A stretch of DNA of 64,000 bases from Ignavibacteria bacterium (GTDB lineage Bacteria > Bacteroidota > Ignavibacteria > Tepidaquicellales > Tepidaquicellaceae): positions 2,117-66,116 of the forward strand of contig JBATSB010000010.1 in assembly GCA_049293015.1 (NCBI GenBank), in the 5' to 3' direction. The position numbers were made by a program, and so were the translations under genes. Shown here piece by piece: positions 36,726 to 46,177 of this stretch (positions within the stretch are counted from its first letter, which is position 1; each line of letters begins with the position of its first letter). The notes beneath the pieces were generated by a model that saw only the letters and a list, made by a program, of their open reading frames with translations, was not told where the DNA came from and made no database searches.

Positions 36726-39017
36726 ATGAGTGACAAAGAAAAAATTAATTTAAGCATATTAACAAAACTTCCCAAACAGAAAAAGTCTTCACAGGAAGAG
36801 CTTTTTGAATTTGAAGTAATAGGAATGAATTGTACTAGCTGTGCAGCCAGTATCAAGACCTACCTGGAAAACGTAGATGGAATTTTCAAAGTTGAGATCA
36901 ATTATGCATCAGAAAGCGGGGAAATAATTTTTGATCCTTCTCTGATAAGTAAAGAAAAAATAGTTAAGGATATTAAAAAACTTGGATATGATGTTTCGGG
37001 TGAAGAAGAAGGATATTTATCCGAGCAGCTGAAAATAAAGAATCTAAGAAATCAAAGGACCAAAATATTTGTATCTGTAACTTTATCTCTCATAATAATG
37101 ATGCTCAGTATGCGTGATCATTTTGGAATATCATTTATTTCTGACATCTCTGAAAAGACATTACTTTTAATGCTTACTTTACTGACTTCGGTAGTTATTT
37201 TTTGGTGTGGTTCAAAATTCATTTCAGGTGCATTGATCTCGCTAAAGAACTTATCCTTTGATATGAATACATTAATTTCAATGGGAAGTCTTTCTGCTTA
37301 TTTTTACAGTCTGGTCATTACTCTCAATATGGTGCTCGATCTTAATCTTGCATCACTCGCATCTTCAAAGGAAGTTTATTTCGAAACAGGAGCAATGATA
37401 ATCACCTTCATACTGATAGGAAATTATCTGGAATCTGTAATGAAGTCGAAAACTCAAACATCAGTTCTAAAACTCAAAGACCTTCAGGCAAAAGTTGTAA
37501 ATGTAATAAGAGACGGAAACGAGATGTTCATTCCATTTAAAAAAGTAAGACTTCATGATATTGTCCTGATTAAAACTGGTGATAAAATCCCTGTTGACGG
37601 TAAGATCATTGAAGGTTTTTGTGTAGTAGATGAAAGCGCTATGACCGGAGAAAGTCTGCCTATAGAGAAAAAGGTCGGCGATGATTTGATGAGCGGTACT
37701 GTCTTAAGGAATGGCTTTGTAAAACTTGACGCTCTTAAAGTCGGCAAAGATACTATGCTATCAAAAGTAATAGCATTAGTAAAAGATGCATCATCGAATA
37801 AGCCAAAGATCCAAAAACTTGCAGATAAGATTTCATCAGTGTTTGTCCCAATTGTAATACTAATTTCTGCTTTGACTTTTTCATACTGGTATTTCATTGC
37901 TGATGCAGCTTTTGACAGATCACTTTTATTTGCTGTGTCGGTTCTGATCATTGCATGTCCCTGTGCGCTCGGACTTGCATCCCCTATTGCGATAGTTATT
38001 GGTGTTGGCAGAGCTGCTGAGAATGGAATTCTTTTCAGTAATGTAGATGCGATCGAAAATCTGATGAAGATCGATACTGTTTGTTTTGATAAAACAGGAA
38101 CACTTACAACGGGTGAAATGTCAGTAAAAAATGTTTACACCCGAAATGGATATTCGGAATATGACTTGATGAAATATATTTATTCTGTGGAAAAACTTTC
38201 TACGCATCCGATTGCAAAGTCTATAAATATTTATTCAGTTGATAACAGCGTTCTACCTTTCAATAAAGTTACTGATTTTAAAAATGAATCCGGATTTGGA
38301 GTCAGCGCAATTGTAAACAAAAAAAGAGTAATGATCGGTAATGAAGAGTTATTCAGAAAAAACGATATTACTTTTCCCGAAATATTTTATAACTCAGGAT
38401 ATACAAATCTCTTTGTAAGTATAGATGAAAATATTTCAGGTATCATTGAAATAGAAGATAAAGTAAAAGATAATGCCAAGAGTGTAATAGGGAAATTAAA
38501 GAGCAGGAACTTAGACTTATTTATGATCTCAGGCGACAGTGAAAATGCTGCAGCAAAAACTGCCGGTGAACTTGGTATTAAGAATTATTCCTTCAAAACT
38601 TTGCCTGATGAAAAGGAAAAAATTATTTCAAATCTTCAGAGTAAAAATAAGAATGTTATAATGATCGGTGACGGTATCAACGATGCCCCGTCACTTGCAA
38701 GAGCAAATGTAGGAATGGCAATTGGTTCTGGACAGGATATTGCAATTGATTCTGCAGATGTGATTTTAGTGAAAGATGACCTAAATAATATATTGAAATC
38801 AATTGCGATATCTTCAAAGACTGTAAGTATAATCAAACAGAATTTCTTCTGGGCATTTTTCTATAACGCAATAGCTATTCCTCTTGCGGCAGGACTTTTT
38901 GTGCCTTATGGAATTTACATCAGCCCTGTCATGGCTGCAATGCTGATGGCTTTCAGTGATGTGGTAACCGTTATTGGAAATTCTCTGAGACTTAAATATG
39001 TAAACTTAGACCAATAA
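36726..39017 (+). CDS. Heavy-metal (probably Cu+) translocating P1B-type ATPase
   Basis: 763 aa with an N-terminal HMA domain (GMNCTSCA), the CPC transmembrane motif, DKTGTLT and GDGINDAP. Confidence 0.9.
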   Translation: MSDKEKINLSILTKLPKQKKSSQEELFEFEVIGMNCTSCAASIKTYLENVDGIFKVEINYASESGEIIFDPSLISKEKIVKDIKKLGYDVSGEEEGYLSEQLKIKNLRNQRTKIFVSVTLSLIIMMLSMRDHFGISFISDISEKTLLLMLTLLTSVVIFWCGSKFISGALISLKNLSFDMNTLISMGSLSAYFYSLVITLNMVLDLNLASLASSKEVYFETGAMIITFILIGNYLESVMKSKTQTSVLKLKDLQAKVVNVIRDGNEMFIPFKKVRLHDIVLIKTGDKIPVDGKIIEGFCVVDESAMTGESLPIEKKVGDDLMSGTVLRNGFVKLDALKVGKDTMLSKVIALVKDASSNKPKIQKLADKISSVFVPIVILISALTFSYWYFIADAAFDRSLLFAVSVLIIACPCALGLASPIAIVIGVGRAAENGILFSNVDAIENLMKIDTVCFDKTGTLTTGEMSVKNVYTRNGYSEYDLMKYIYSVEKLSTHPIAKSINIYSVDNSVLPFNKVTDFKNESGFGVSAIVNKKRVMIGNEELFRKNDITFPEIFYNSGYTNLFVSIDENISGIIEIEDKVKDNAKSVIGKLKSRNLDLFMISGDSENAAAKTAGELGIKNYSFKTLPDEKEKIISNLQSKNKNVIMIGDGINDAPSLARANVGMAIGSGQDIAIDSADVILVKDDLNNILKSIAISSKTVSIIKQNFFWAFFYNAIAIPLAAGLFVPYGIYISPVMAAMLMAFSDVVTVIGNSLRLKYVNLDQ

Positions 39018-39020
39018 TAA

Positions 39021-39737
39021 ATGAGCATTGATAATAAAAAAAATGATATACCGGAAAAAGTTGATTTCGATAACTATGCCGGCAGATATGAAAATGTATT
39101 AGATAAGCAGCTTGATTTCTTTGGCGAGGAGAATTCCTATTTTGCAGACTATAAAGTGAAACTCGTAAAGGATACTTTACATTCAGACCCAAAAAGTATT
39201 CTTGAATTCGGATGTGGGATAGGAAGGAATTTAAAATTTTTTACAAAATATTTTCCCGATTCAGAGATTTACGGATCTGATATTTCTGATAAAAGTCTGG
39301 AGATTGCAAAGAATGAAAATCCTTCCGTTAAATTTTTTATGCTTGAAAAAGATGAAATAAAAAATTATACCGCAAAATTTGATCTGATCTTTATATCATG
39401 CGTCCTGCATCATATAGCTCCGGATCTCAGGAAAAGTTCGATGGATACAGTTTATTCTATGCTGAATAATAACGGATGCGCTTATATATTCGAGCATAAC
39501 CCGTACAATCCTGTCACACGTCACATTGTAAATACATGTGAATGGGATACTGATGCGATTTTACTTAACATGAAAGAGTCTGTAGATCTTTTCAAAAAGG
39601 CAGGTCTCGAAGTAACAGAAAAAAATTACACTTTGTTCTATCCTGCTGCACTTAAGTTTATGAGATTCACTGAAAGTTTTTTAAAGAAGATCCCAATGGG
39701 AGGACAGTACTACGTGAAAGCAGTTAAGAAGAATTAG
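39021..39737 (+). CDS. Class I SAM-dependent methyltransferase
   Basis: 238 aa with ILEFGCGIGRN (motif I). Confidence 0.7.
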   Translation: MSIDNKKNDIPEKVDFDNYAGRYENVLDKQLDFFGEENSYFADYKVKLVKDTLHSDPKSILEFGCGIGRNLKFFTKYFPDSEIYGSDISDKSLEIAKNENPSVKFFMLEKDEIKNYTAKFDLIFISCVLHHIAPDLRKSSMDTVYSMLNNNGCAYIFEHNPYNPVTRHIVNTCEWDTDAILLNMKESVDLFKKAGLEVTEKNYTLFYPAALKFMRFTESFLKKIPMGGQYYVKAVKKN

Positions 39738-40458
39738 TCTTTTTTGCAAGCTCTCTGAAATATTCCTTTCTATATGTAAACACTTCCTTTATTGTCCCTA
39801 TAATTACTGATGGTCTCGCACCGGTAGAAATTCCATCCACTCTTGGAAGATGCATTACTCCGACTTCCGTTACACTGTAATCAAGTAAATTTGCCTTCAG
39901 CATTATTTCTGCATCGATGAATGCATCGACTGAATCAATTTTAATTTTTCTAAACAGATCGGTTTTGAATAATTTGAATGCACAGTCTATATCCCAGTAA
40001 TGAATATTAAATACAAGTTTAAGTAAATAGTTATAACATAGCGATGTGAACTTTCTGTAAAGAGAATACTGCTTGTGTTTTCTATATCCGACTACAATAT
40101 CCGTATATGGAAGCAGTGCTACAAATTTTTTCAGCTCATCCAGATCAAACTGATTATCTCCGTCTGTATAAAATACATAATCTAGTTTTGCATTTGTAAA
40201 TCCGTCTTTAAGTGTTGCGCCATATCCCATATTTTTTTCATGATGAATGACCCTTACTTTTTCATATTTTTCTGCAAGTGCATCTGCGACTTCGCCAGTC
40301 TTATCAGGACTTCCGTCTTCGATAATTATGATCTCGTAGTCTTTTAACTTTAATTCTTCAAGAACTATTACTGCAGCATCTACTACCTTTCCAATATTTT
40401 TCTCATCATAATATGCAGGAAAGAAAACCGATAATGAAATATCAGAATTATTATGCAT
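39724..40458 (-). CDS. GT2 glycosyltransferase, polyprenyl-phosphate sugar synthase-like (DPM1/ArnC-like)
   Basis: 244 aa with VFFPAYYDEKNI, IIIEDGSPDKT and YTDGDNQFD (DxD). Confidence 0.75.
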   Translation of the reverse strand: MHNNSDISLSVFFPAYYDEKNIGKVVDAAVIVLEELKLKDYEIIIIEDGSPDKTGEVADALAEKYEKVRVIHHEKNMGYGATLKDGFTNAKLDYVFYTDGDNQFDLDELKKFVALLPYTDIVVGYRKHKQYSLYRKFTSLCYNYLLKLVFNIHYWDIDCAFKLFKTDLFRKIKIDSVDAFIDAEIMLKANLLDYSVTEVGVMHLPRVDGISTGARPSVIIGTIKEVFTYRKEYFRELAKKTNSS

Positions 40459-41407
40459 TGTTCTTTTCCTTTAAAAAATGGTCATAAGTTTTTTTCATTC
40501 CATCTTCAAGTTTTGTATGAGGTTTCCATTTAAAAAATTTCCTTGCACTAGAGTTATCAAGTATATTTACCGGCACATCTAACTTCCTTGCTTTCTGATA
40601 TTCGACATTTACTTTTTTATCTGTAATATTTTGTATAATCTCAATCACCTGATTTAAAGAATAACCCTGACCAGTACTTAAATTAAAAACACTCTCTTCT
40701 GACTCTGTGACTAGTGACATTGCCAGCATTTCTACTGCATCCTTTATATAAATGTAATCTCTGATTACTTCACCGTCACCCCATATCTCAATCTTCTCTC
40801 CATTTATCACTTTATTAAGAAACACTGCAATAGCACCCTGTGCTGCATTTGGGTTCTGCCTTTCACCATAAGGATTTGAAAGACGAAATACAAAATATTT
40901 TTGACCATAGAGAAATTTATACAGATATAAATATTCTTCAATGGTTCTCTTTATGATTCCATACGAACAGACAGGGTTGGAATAATAATTTTCCTTAACA
41001 GGAATTTCATCTGGGATACCATAAACTGTTCCTCCGGAAGAAAGAAAAATAATCTTTTTGATTTTAAGATTTACGCTTTCTTTGAAAAGCTTTAATGATG
41101 AAATAAGATTTGTCTCTGCATCATATTCGGGATTGTCATTGGAATTTGCAGGAAGAGTTGTACTTACAAGATGATAAACAAAATCAATTCCCTTCAGAGA
41201 ATTCATAAGGTCAAACTCATTATTAAAATCACCTTCAATTACTCTTATCCTGTCAAGTAAATGTGAAATATTTTTTTTTGAAAAATTTAATTTATCAAAT
41301 ACAGTAACATCATAATCAAGCTCAAGAAGTTTTTCGCAAAGATGTGAGCCGATGAATCCACCGCCTCCGTAAATTATACATCTTTCCTTATTTTTATCTG
41401 AATTCAT
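40451..41407 (-). CDS. NAD-dependent epimerase/dehydratase (extended SDR, UDP-sugar 4-epimerase-like)
   Basis: 318 aa with the GGGGFIGSHL Rossmann motif and a YxxxK region (YGIIKR). Confidence 0.8.
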   Translation of the reverse strand: MNSDKNKERCIIYGGGGFIGSHLCEKLLELDYDVTVFDKLNFSKKNISHLLDRIRVIEGDFNNEFDLMNSLKGIDFVYHLVSTTLPANSNDNPEYDAETNLISSLKLFKESVNLKIKKIIFLSSGGTVYGIPDEIPVKENYYSNPVCSYGIIKRTIEEYLYLYKFLYGQKYFVFRLSNPYGERQNPNAAQGAIAVFLNKVINGEKIEIWGDGEVIRDYIYIKDAVEMLAMSLVTESEESVFNLSTGQGYSLNQVIEIIQNITDKKVNVEYQKARKLDVPVNILDNSSARKFFKWKPHTKLEDGMKKTYDHFLKEKNNA

Positions 41408-41416
41408 ATCCGAAAT

Positions 41417-43051
41417 TTACTGATTAGATTTTTCAAAAATGAATGCTCCAAATCTTTGATCCGTAGAGATTATTTTATTTAGCAGTTTGTACGTACTGTC
41501 ATTTTCAAGAGTCTCAAGCTGCACATCATTTAACATATCCTTTGGTCTGTAACTGTAATGCGAATCCCATACAATGATCGTACCCGGCTTTATGTCTTTC
41601 AGATTTTCAAGTATGAGTCTTTTGAATTTATCTGGTGATTCCCTGTAAAGCTCATCACTGTAAAATGGAATGAAAGTATGATTATATAAAATTTCCTTAT
41701 CCTGCAGTTCCAGTGTGTTTAGATATTCTGAAGTCTCTTTCAATGCTACATTCTCTGTAGATAAAACTTTAGGGGTAAAGCTAATTGTCAGATAAACGAT
41801 TGCGATCATTAACAAAATTGCAGATACTTTATTGAGATACTCGACTGCAGGTTCTTTTTTTATTAGTAAAATTATTACAAATGAAATTGCGATCACAAAA
41901 AATTTAGAATACTCAGAAGTCTCTAGTAAAATAAATCCGTTAGTGTCTTTAGATAAAAATGCCAGCGTAATAAATGCAAGTACACCGGTTAGTATATATG
42001 ATGTCTTTTTAAATGAAGGCATTGCAAGATTATTCAGACCTACAGTAGCGAATAAAGCAGCTATGGGAGAAATGTGGAGCAGATACCGCCAGTTGCCAGG
42101 ATTCGCACCATCACTGAACATTGTCATAAGCTGAACAAAAAATATTGAAGTAAATATTAAATAAAATATTCCATACTTCATTAAATATTCTTTTATCTTA
42201 TCTGTTTCAGAAATGAATCCAAAAAAACCAAAGAAGAACAGCAGTAAAGTCACAGGTCCGACAATGAAAATATATACAAGTAAGTAATGTGAAATTCCCT
42301 GAGTCTTATAACTGTAAACTGAAAGCGACATGATCTCAGTTAGTACAAACATGATGTCACCGGTTTTTATAAAACCAAGCAGATCATAAATTATCGGAAA
42401 TACTGCAAGCAATATTATCGGCAGATAAACTTTCTTTCTGAAATATATCACTGCAAATATTAGTATGATCACAGCTACTTCCTGTCTGACTGTAAATATG
42501 TATCCGCAAATTAATGCTGACAGTGCATAGCTTTCTTTTTTATAAAGTATGAGCACAAACAAAATCAGCAGACTCGTGAAAATCTCTGCATAAGATCTGA
42601 ATGACAGATCAAAAAATAATGGCTGAACAGATAAAAGCAACGCCCCGAAATATGCATAATTTATTTTACAGACTTTTAAAAGAATGTAAGTATAGTAAAC
42701 TGCAAGTGAAGCTATGAATGCATTGACGAGAAGGACGGCATTATATCCGAAGAGCGAAGGAATGACCATAAAAATTTTATAACCCGGCTTGGGTGAATTT
42801 CCAAGTATCACAAACGGATCACTCCAGAATGAAAGCATATTTATATACTGACCTACTTCATCATCCTGATAAAATCCCAATGAATATTTACTGCTGATAT
42901 AATAGATAATTGTAAACAGCGGTATGACTATCCAGAAATATTTTGATATTAACGGATTGTCATCTAACGGAATTACATTCTTATTAAATTTAGCTGAAGT
43001 CCCTGAACCTGCAGAGCTCCGCACATTTTTTTTCGATTCTTTTTTTGCCAT
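41417..43051 (-). CDS. Polytopic GT-C-like glycosyltransferase membrane protein (ArnT/PMT_2-like)
   Basis: 544 aa with about 12 hydrophobic segments plus a soluble C-terminal domain. It is in an operon with the GT2 polyprenyl-phosphate sugar synthase and the epimerase. Confidence 0.55.
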   Translation of the reverse strand: MAKKESKKNVRSSAGSGTSAKFNKNVIPLDDNPLISKYFWIVIPLFTIIYYISSKYSLGFYQDDEVGQYINMLSFWSDPFVILGNSPKPGYKIFMVIPSLFGYNAVLLVNAFIASLAVYYTYILLKVCKINYAYFGALLLSVQPLFFDLSFRSYAEIFTSLLILFVLILYKKESYALSALICGYIFTVRQEVAVIILIFAVIYFRKKVYLPIILLAVFPIIYDLLGFIKTGDIMFVLTEIMSLSVYSYKTQGISHYLLVYIFIVGPVTLLLFFFGFFGFISETDKIKEYLMKYGIFYLIFTSIFFVQLMTMFSDGANPGNWRYLLHISPIAALFATVGLNNLAMPSFKKTSYILTGVLAFITLAFLSKDTNGFILLETSEYSKFFVIAISFVIILLIKKEPAVEYLNKVSAILLMIAIVYLTISFTPKVLSTENVALKETSEYLNTLELQDKEILYNHTFIPFYSDELYRESPDKFKRLILENLKDIKPGTIIVWDSHYSYRPKDMLNDVQLETLENDSTYKLLNKIISTDQRFGAFIFEKSNQ

Positions 43052-43206
43052 AAATAAGTTTCAAATATATTAATATAAATCCGCAAATGAAATTTACTTT
43101 GAAAAGTCGTTTAATTAATTTTTATATGCTGAGCAATAATTTTAAATTCTATACCCATTTTTTACAAAGATTATAAAATTCAAATAAATTATCTTGTGAA
43201 CTATTT

Positions 43207-43267
43207 ACATTGAACATTGAACATTGAACATTGAACATTGAACATTGAACATTGAACATTGAACATT
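43207..43267. repeat. Heptanucleotide tandem repeat (ACATTGA) x8 plus a partial copy
   Basis: Counted directly. It is followed by degenerate copies and a duplicated ACATTAATAATTGAACATT up to the tRNA at 43330. Confidence 0.9.
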
Positions 43268-43329
43268 AATAATTGAACATTGTACTTTCAGCATTGTACA
43301 TTGAACATTAATAATTGAACATTAAGCTT

Positions 43330-43401
43330 GCCCCTGTGGTGTAATGGATAGCACAAAGGTCTTCGGAACCTTCGGTCAGGGTTCAAATCCTTGCAGGGGT
43401 A
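43330..43401 (+). tRNA. tRNA-Arg (anticodon TCG)
   Basis: Manual cloverleaf. Acceptor GCCCCTG/CAGGGGT, D-stem GTGT/GCAC, anticodon stem AAGGT/ACCTT with loop CTTCGGA, T-arm CAGGG-TTCAAAT-CCTTG, discriminator A. No encoded CCA. Confidence 0.85.
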
Positions 43402-43504
43402 CTAAATCAATTTTATATTTTAAATGTTCAATTTTAAATGAAGAGCCTAGAAAAAGTTAGTAGTTAATAGTGAACAGACTTTGTTAATAGTTCAAATTAC
43501 TAAT

Positions 43505-43568
43505 TACTAACTATTAACTACTAACTATTAACTACTAACTATTAACTACTAACTATTAACTACTAACT
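43505..43568. repeat. 14-nt tandem repeat (TACTAACTATTAAC) x4.5, made of two diverged heptads
   Basis: Counted directly. An inverted copy GTTAGTAGTTAATAGT at 43457-43472 can pair with it. It lies between the tRNA-Arg 3' end and the priA stop. Confidence 0.85.
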
Positions 43569-43575
43569 CTCACTG

Positions 43576-46101
43576 CTACATTAAGTTTACTGCATCCACA
43601 TCAATCGTGATCATTACTTTTTTAGGAATTTTATTCTTTATATAAAATTTCACTTCAGTCAGTATCCATTTCAGGAACACTCCCGAAATATCTTTTTCTT
43701 TAATTGATTTTAAAATGAGATGAAATCTGTATTTATCTTTTAGTTTTGAAAATAAAGGCGGATTAGGAGGAAGTATTTCTAGTAATTTATCTTTGTCGAG
43801 AGTTGATACCAGATTATATAATTCTTTGATCTTACTTTCACAAAGATTTTTATCAGCCGATTTTGATTCTATTATAACAAGTCTGCTGAATGGAGGATAG
43901 TTAAGCTGCCTTCTTACTGCAATTTCCTTTTCATAAAAATTTATATAGTCATGATTTTTCACATTCTCAAATACATAAAATTCTGAATGATTTGTCTGAA
44001 TCAATACCTCGCCGGCTTTCTCGCTCCTGCCGCTCCTCCCCGACACTTGTGTAAGTATCTGAAAAGTTTTTTCCGTAGCCCTGAAGTCAGGATTCAAAAG
44101 TCCGATATCAGCATTCACTACTCCGACAAGTGTCACATCAGGAAAATCCAGCCCTTTGGAAATGATCTGTGTCCCTGCAAGTATGTCTATTTTTTTATCA
44201 TAAAAATCTTTTAGCAAAGTATGAAACTGTCTCTTTGAATTCAAAGAGTCCGAATCAATTCTCTTTATCACTGCTCGAGGAAAAATTTTCTCTAATTCTT
44301 CTTCCACTCTTTCTGTTCCCGCTCCCTTTTCAATTAGCTTGTCCGATCCACATGAGGCACAGACTCTGTTCTTTTTTTTACTGAATCCGCAGTAATGACA
44401 TTTCTGCAGATCGATGGCTTTGTGAAATGTCAGTGCAATGTTGCATCTGATACACATCTCCACTTCTCCGCAGCTCAGACATTCCAGATAAGAATGATAT
44501 CCCCTTCTGTTTTGTAAAATTATAATACTCTCTTTTTTCTCAAGCCGCTCACCTATTTCATATATCAAATCTTTTGAAAGAAATTTGATCTTAACTTTAT
44601 CTATCGTATCAAAAAAATCTTTCACTTTAAATTTGTAATCACTGTTGTCATAATCCTTATCTTCATCTTTTTCTTTTTTTAGCAGATCTATAATTCTTAT
44701 TTCAGGCATTTTAATATTCGAAGCTCTTAGCGGCAAATTGAATAAACCGTATTTTCCTGTCTGTCCGTTGTAATAAGATTCTAATGAAGGTGTAGCTGAG
44801 CCGAGAACTACAGGCGCATTGTTAAGTAAACCTCTGTAGATCGCACAGTCTCTGCCATTATATTTCGGTGAGTTTTCCTGTTTGTAAGATGAGTCATGCT
44901 CTTCATCAACTACTATGATTCCGATATTTTTTAACGGAGCAAATACTGCTGACCTTGCACCGATAACAATTTTAATATCACCGTTTACAATCCTGTCGAA
45001 TGTATCCCGCCTTTCACCTTCTGAAAGTTTACTATGAATGACTCCTATAATATTTCCAAATGCACTTCTGAATCTGTAGATAAGTTGTGGCGTTAGTGAA
45101 ATTTCCGGAACGAGAACTATCGCTGTCTTCTTTTTCTTTAGAACTCTTTTGATTAGATTAATATACACTTCAGTTTTACCGCTGCCTGTTACACCATAGA
45201 TCAGAAATACTTTAAAAATTTCCTTATCAGTAAATTCAGAAATACCTTTAACAATTTTCTCCTGATCAGAATTAAGTGTCAGTGTCTTGTCATCTTCTTT
45301 AAAAATATCTTCCGACTGTCTGAATTCACGTTCCTCTTTTATTTCTATAAGTTCTTTAAGCAGTAATGAATTTATTGATGATGAACTAATACCGCTTATA
45401 TCCGATGCTTCTTTTATAGAATTAAATCTGTCTTCTGACAACAGTTTCATAAATTCGATCTGCTTTTCTGACCGGATCTTATGCTGTGAAATTATTTTAT
45501 CAATTTCTTTTAAGCTGAAATTCAGACTTGCAGTCTTAATTCTTTTTTCACTGACCGTTTTTGAGAATTGATTTTCGGAATATATGATCTTCTTTTCTTC
45601 CAATGTTTTCAAATAACTGGACAAGTCATTGAAATTCAGTTTTCGCTCAAGCTGCTTCTTTGCAGCAAACTCTTTATTCTCAAGCGCTTCTATGATCTTT
45701 AAAAAAATATCTTCCTTCAGCTCTGAATTATCAAGCTGTTTCAGATATTCTTCATGCAGTTTATAAAATTTATCTGTGCTAATATTCATCTTGCCAGGTA
45801 TTGCTGAAAAAATTACTTCACCTATTGGAGCACAATAATATTCCGATAGCCATTTACAGAATTCCATAAGTTCATCTTCTATAATTACGTTTTCATCAAG
45901 CAGATCAAGTATAGAACGTAATTTTTTATGTTCGGTAATATCAGTAACATTAACTATAATTCCTGTGATCTTTTTATTTCCAAATCCTGCAAGAACTCTT
46001 TTACCCGGTATTGCTGATGAAATTAAATGAGGAGGGATCTTGTAAGTGAAAAGATTATCTAACGGCAGATTAAAAGCGACATTGGCAAATAGTTCACTCA
46101 C
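43576..46101 (-). CDS. priA: Primosomal protein N' (replication restart helicase PriA)
   Basis: 841 aa with GVTGSGKTEVY (Walker A), VVDEEHDSSYKQ (DEEH box) and the Cys-rich zinc insertion CLSCG...CIRCN...CHYCG...CASCG. GTG start. Confidence 0.9.
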   Translation of the reverse strand: MSELFANVAFNLPLDNLFTYKIPPHLISSAIPGKRVLAGFGNKKITGIIVNVTDITEHKKLRSILDLLDENVIIEDELMEFCKWLSEYYCAPIGEVIFSAIPGKMNISTDKFYKLHEEYLKQLDNSELKEDIFLKIIEALENKEFAAKKQLERKLNFNDLSSYLKTLEEKKIIYSENQFSKTVSEKRIKTASLNFSLKEIDKIISQHKIRSEKQIEFMKLLSEDRFNSIKEASDISGISSSSINSLLLKELIEIKEEREFRQSEDIFKEDDKTLTLNSDQEKIVKGISEFTDKEIFKVFLIYGVTGSGKTEVYINLIKRVLKKKKTAIVLVPEISLTPQLIYRFRSAFGNIIGVIHSKLSEGERRDTFDRIVNGDIKIVIGARSAVFAPLKNIGIIVVDEEHDSSYKQENSPKYNGRDCAIYRGLLNNAPVVLGSATPSLESYYNGQTGKYGLFNLPLRASNIKMPEIRIIDLLKKEKDEDKDYDNSDYKFKVKDFFDTIDKVKIKFLSKDLIYEIGERLEKKESIIILQNRRGYHSYLECLSCGEVEMCIRCNIALTFHKAIDLQKCHYCGFSKKKNRVCASCGSDKLIEKGAGTERVEEELEKIFPRAVIKRIDSDSLNSKRQFHTLLKDFYDKKIDILAGTQIISKGLDFPDVTLVGVVNADIGLLNPDFRATEKTFQILTQVSGRSGRSEKAGEVLIQTNHSEFYVFENVKNHDYINFYEKEIAVRRQLNYPPFSRLVIIESKSADKNLCESKIKELYNLVSTLDKDKLLEILPPNPPLFSKLKDKYRFHLILKSIKEKDISGVFLKWILTEVKFYIKNKIPKKVMITIDVDAVNLM

Positions 46102-46177
46102 TTACTTTGAATATAAATTATTTATAAATATGTTCTATCGTTTTCAGGTCTTTTGAATATTTCTATCAGAAATCATA

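Noticed and set aside
43207-43568. Possibility that the regularly spaced repeats around tRNA-Arg are a CRISPR array.
   Set aside because: The units are 7 and 14 nt long and directly abut one another without spacers. No cas genes are present in the window.
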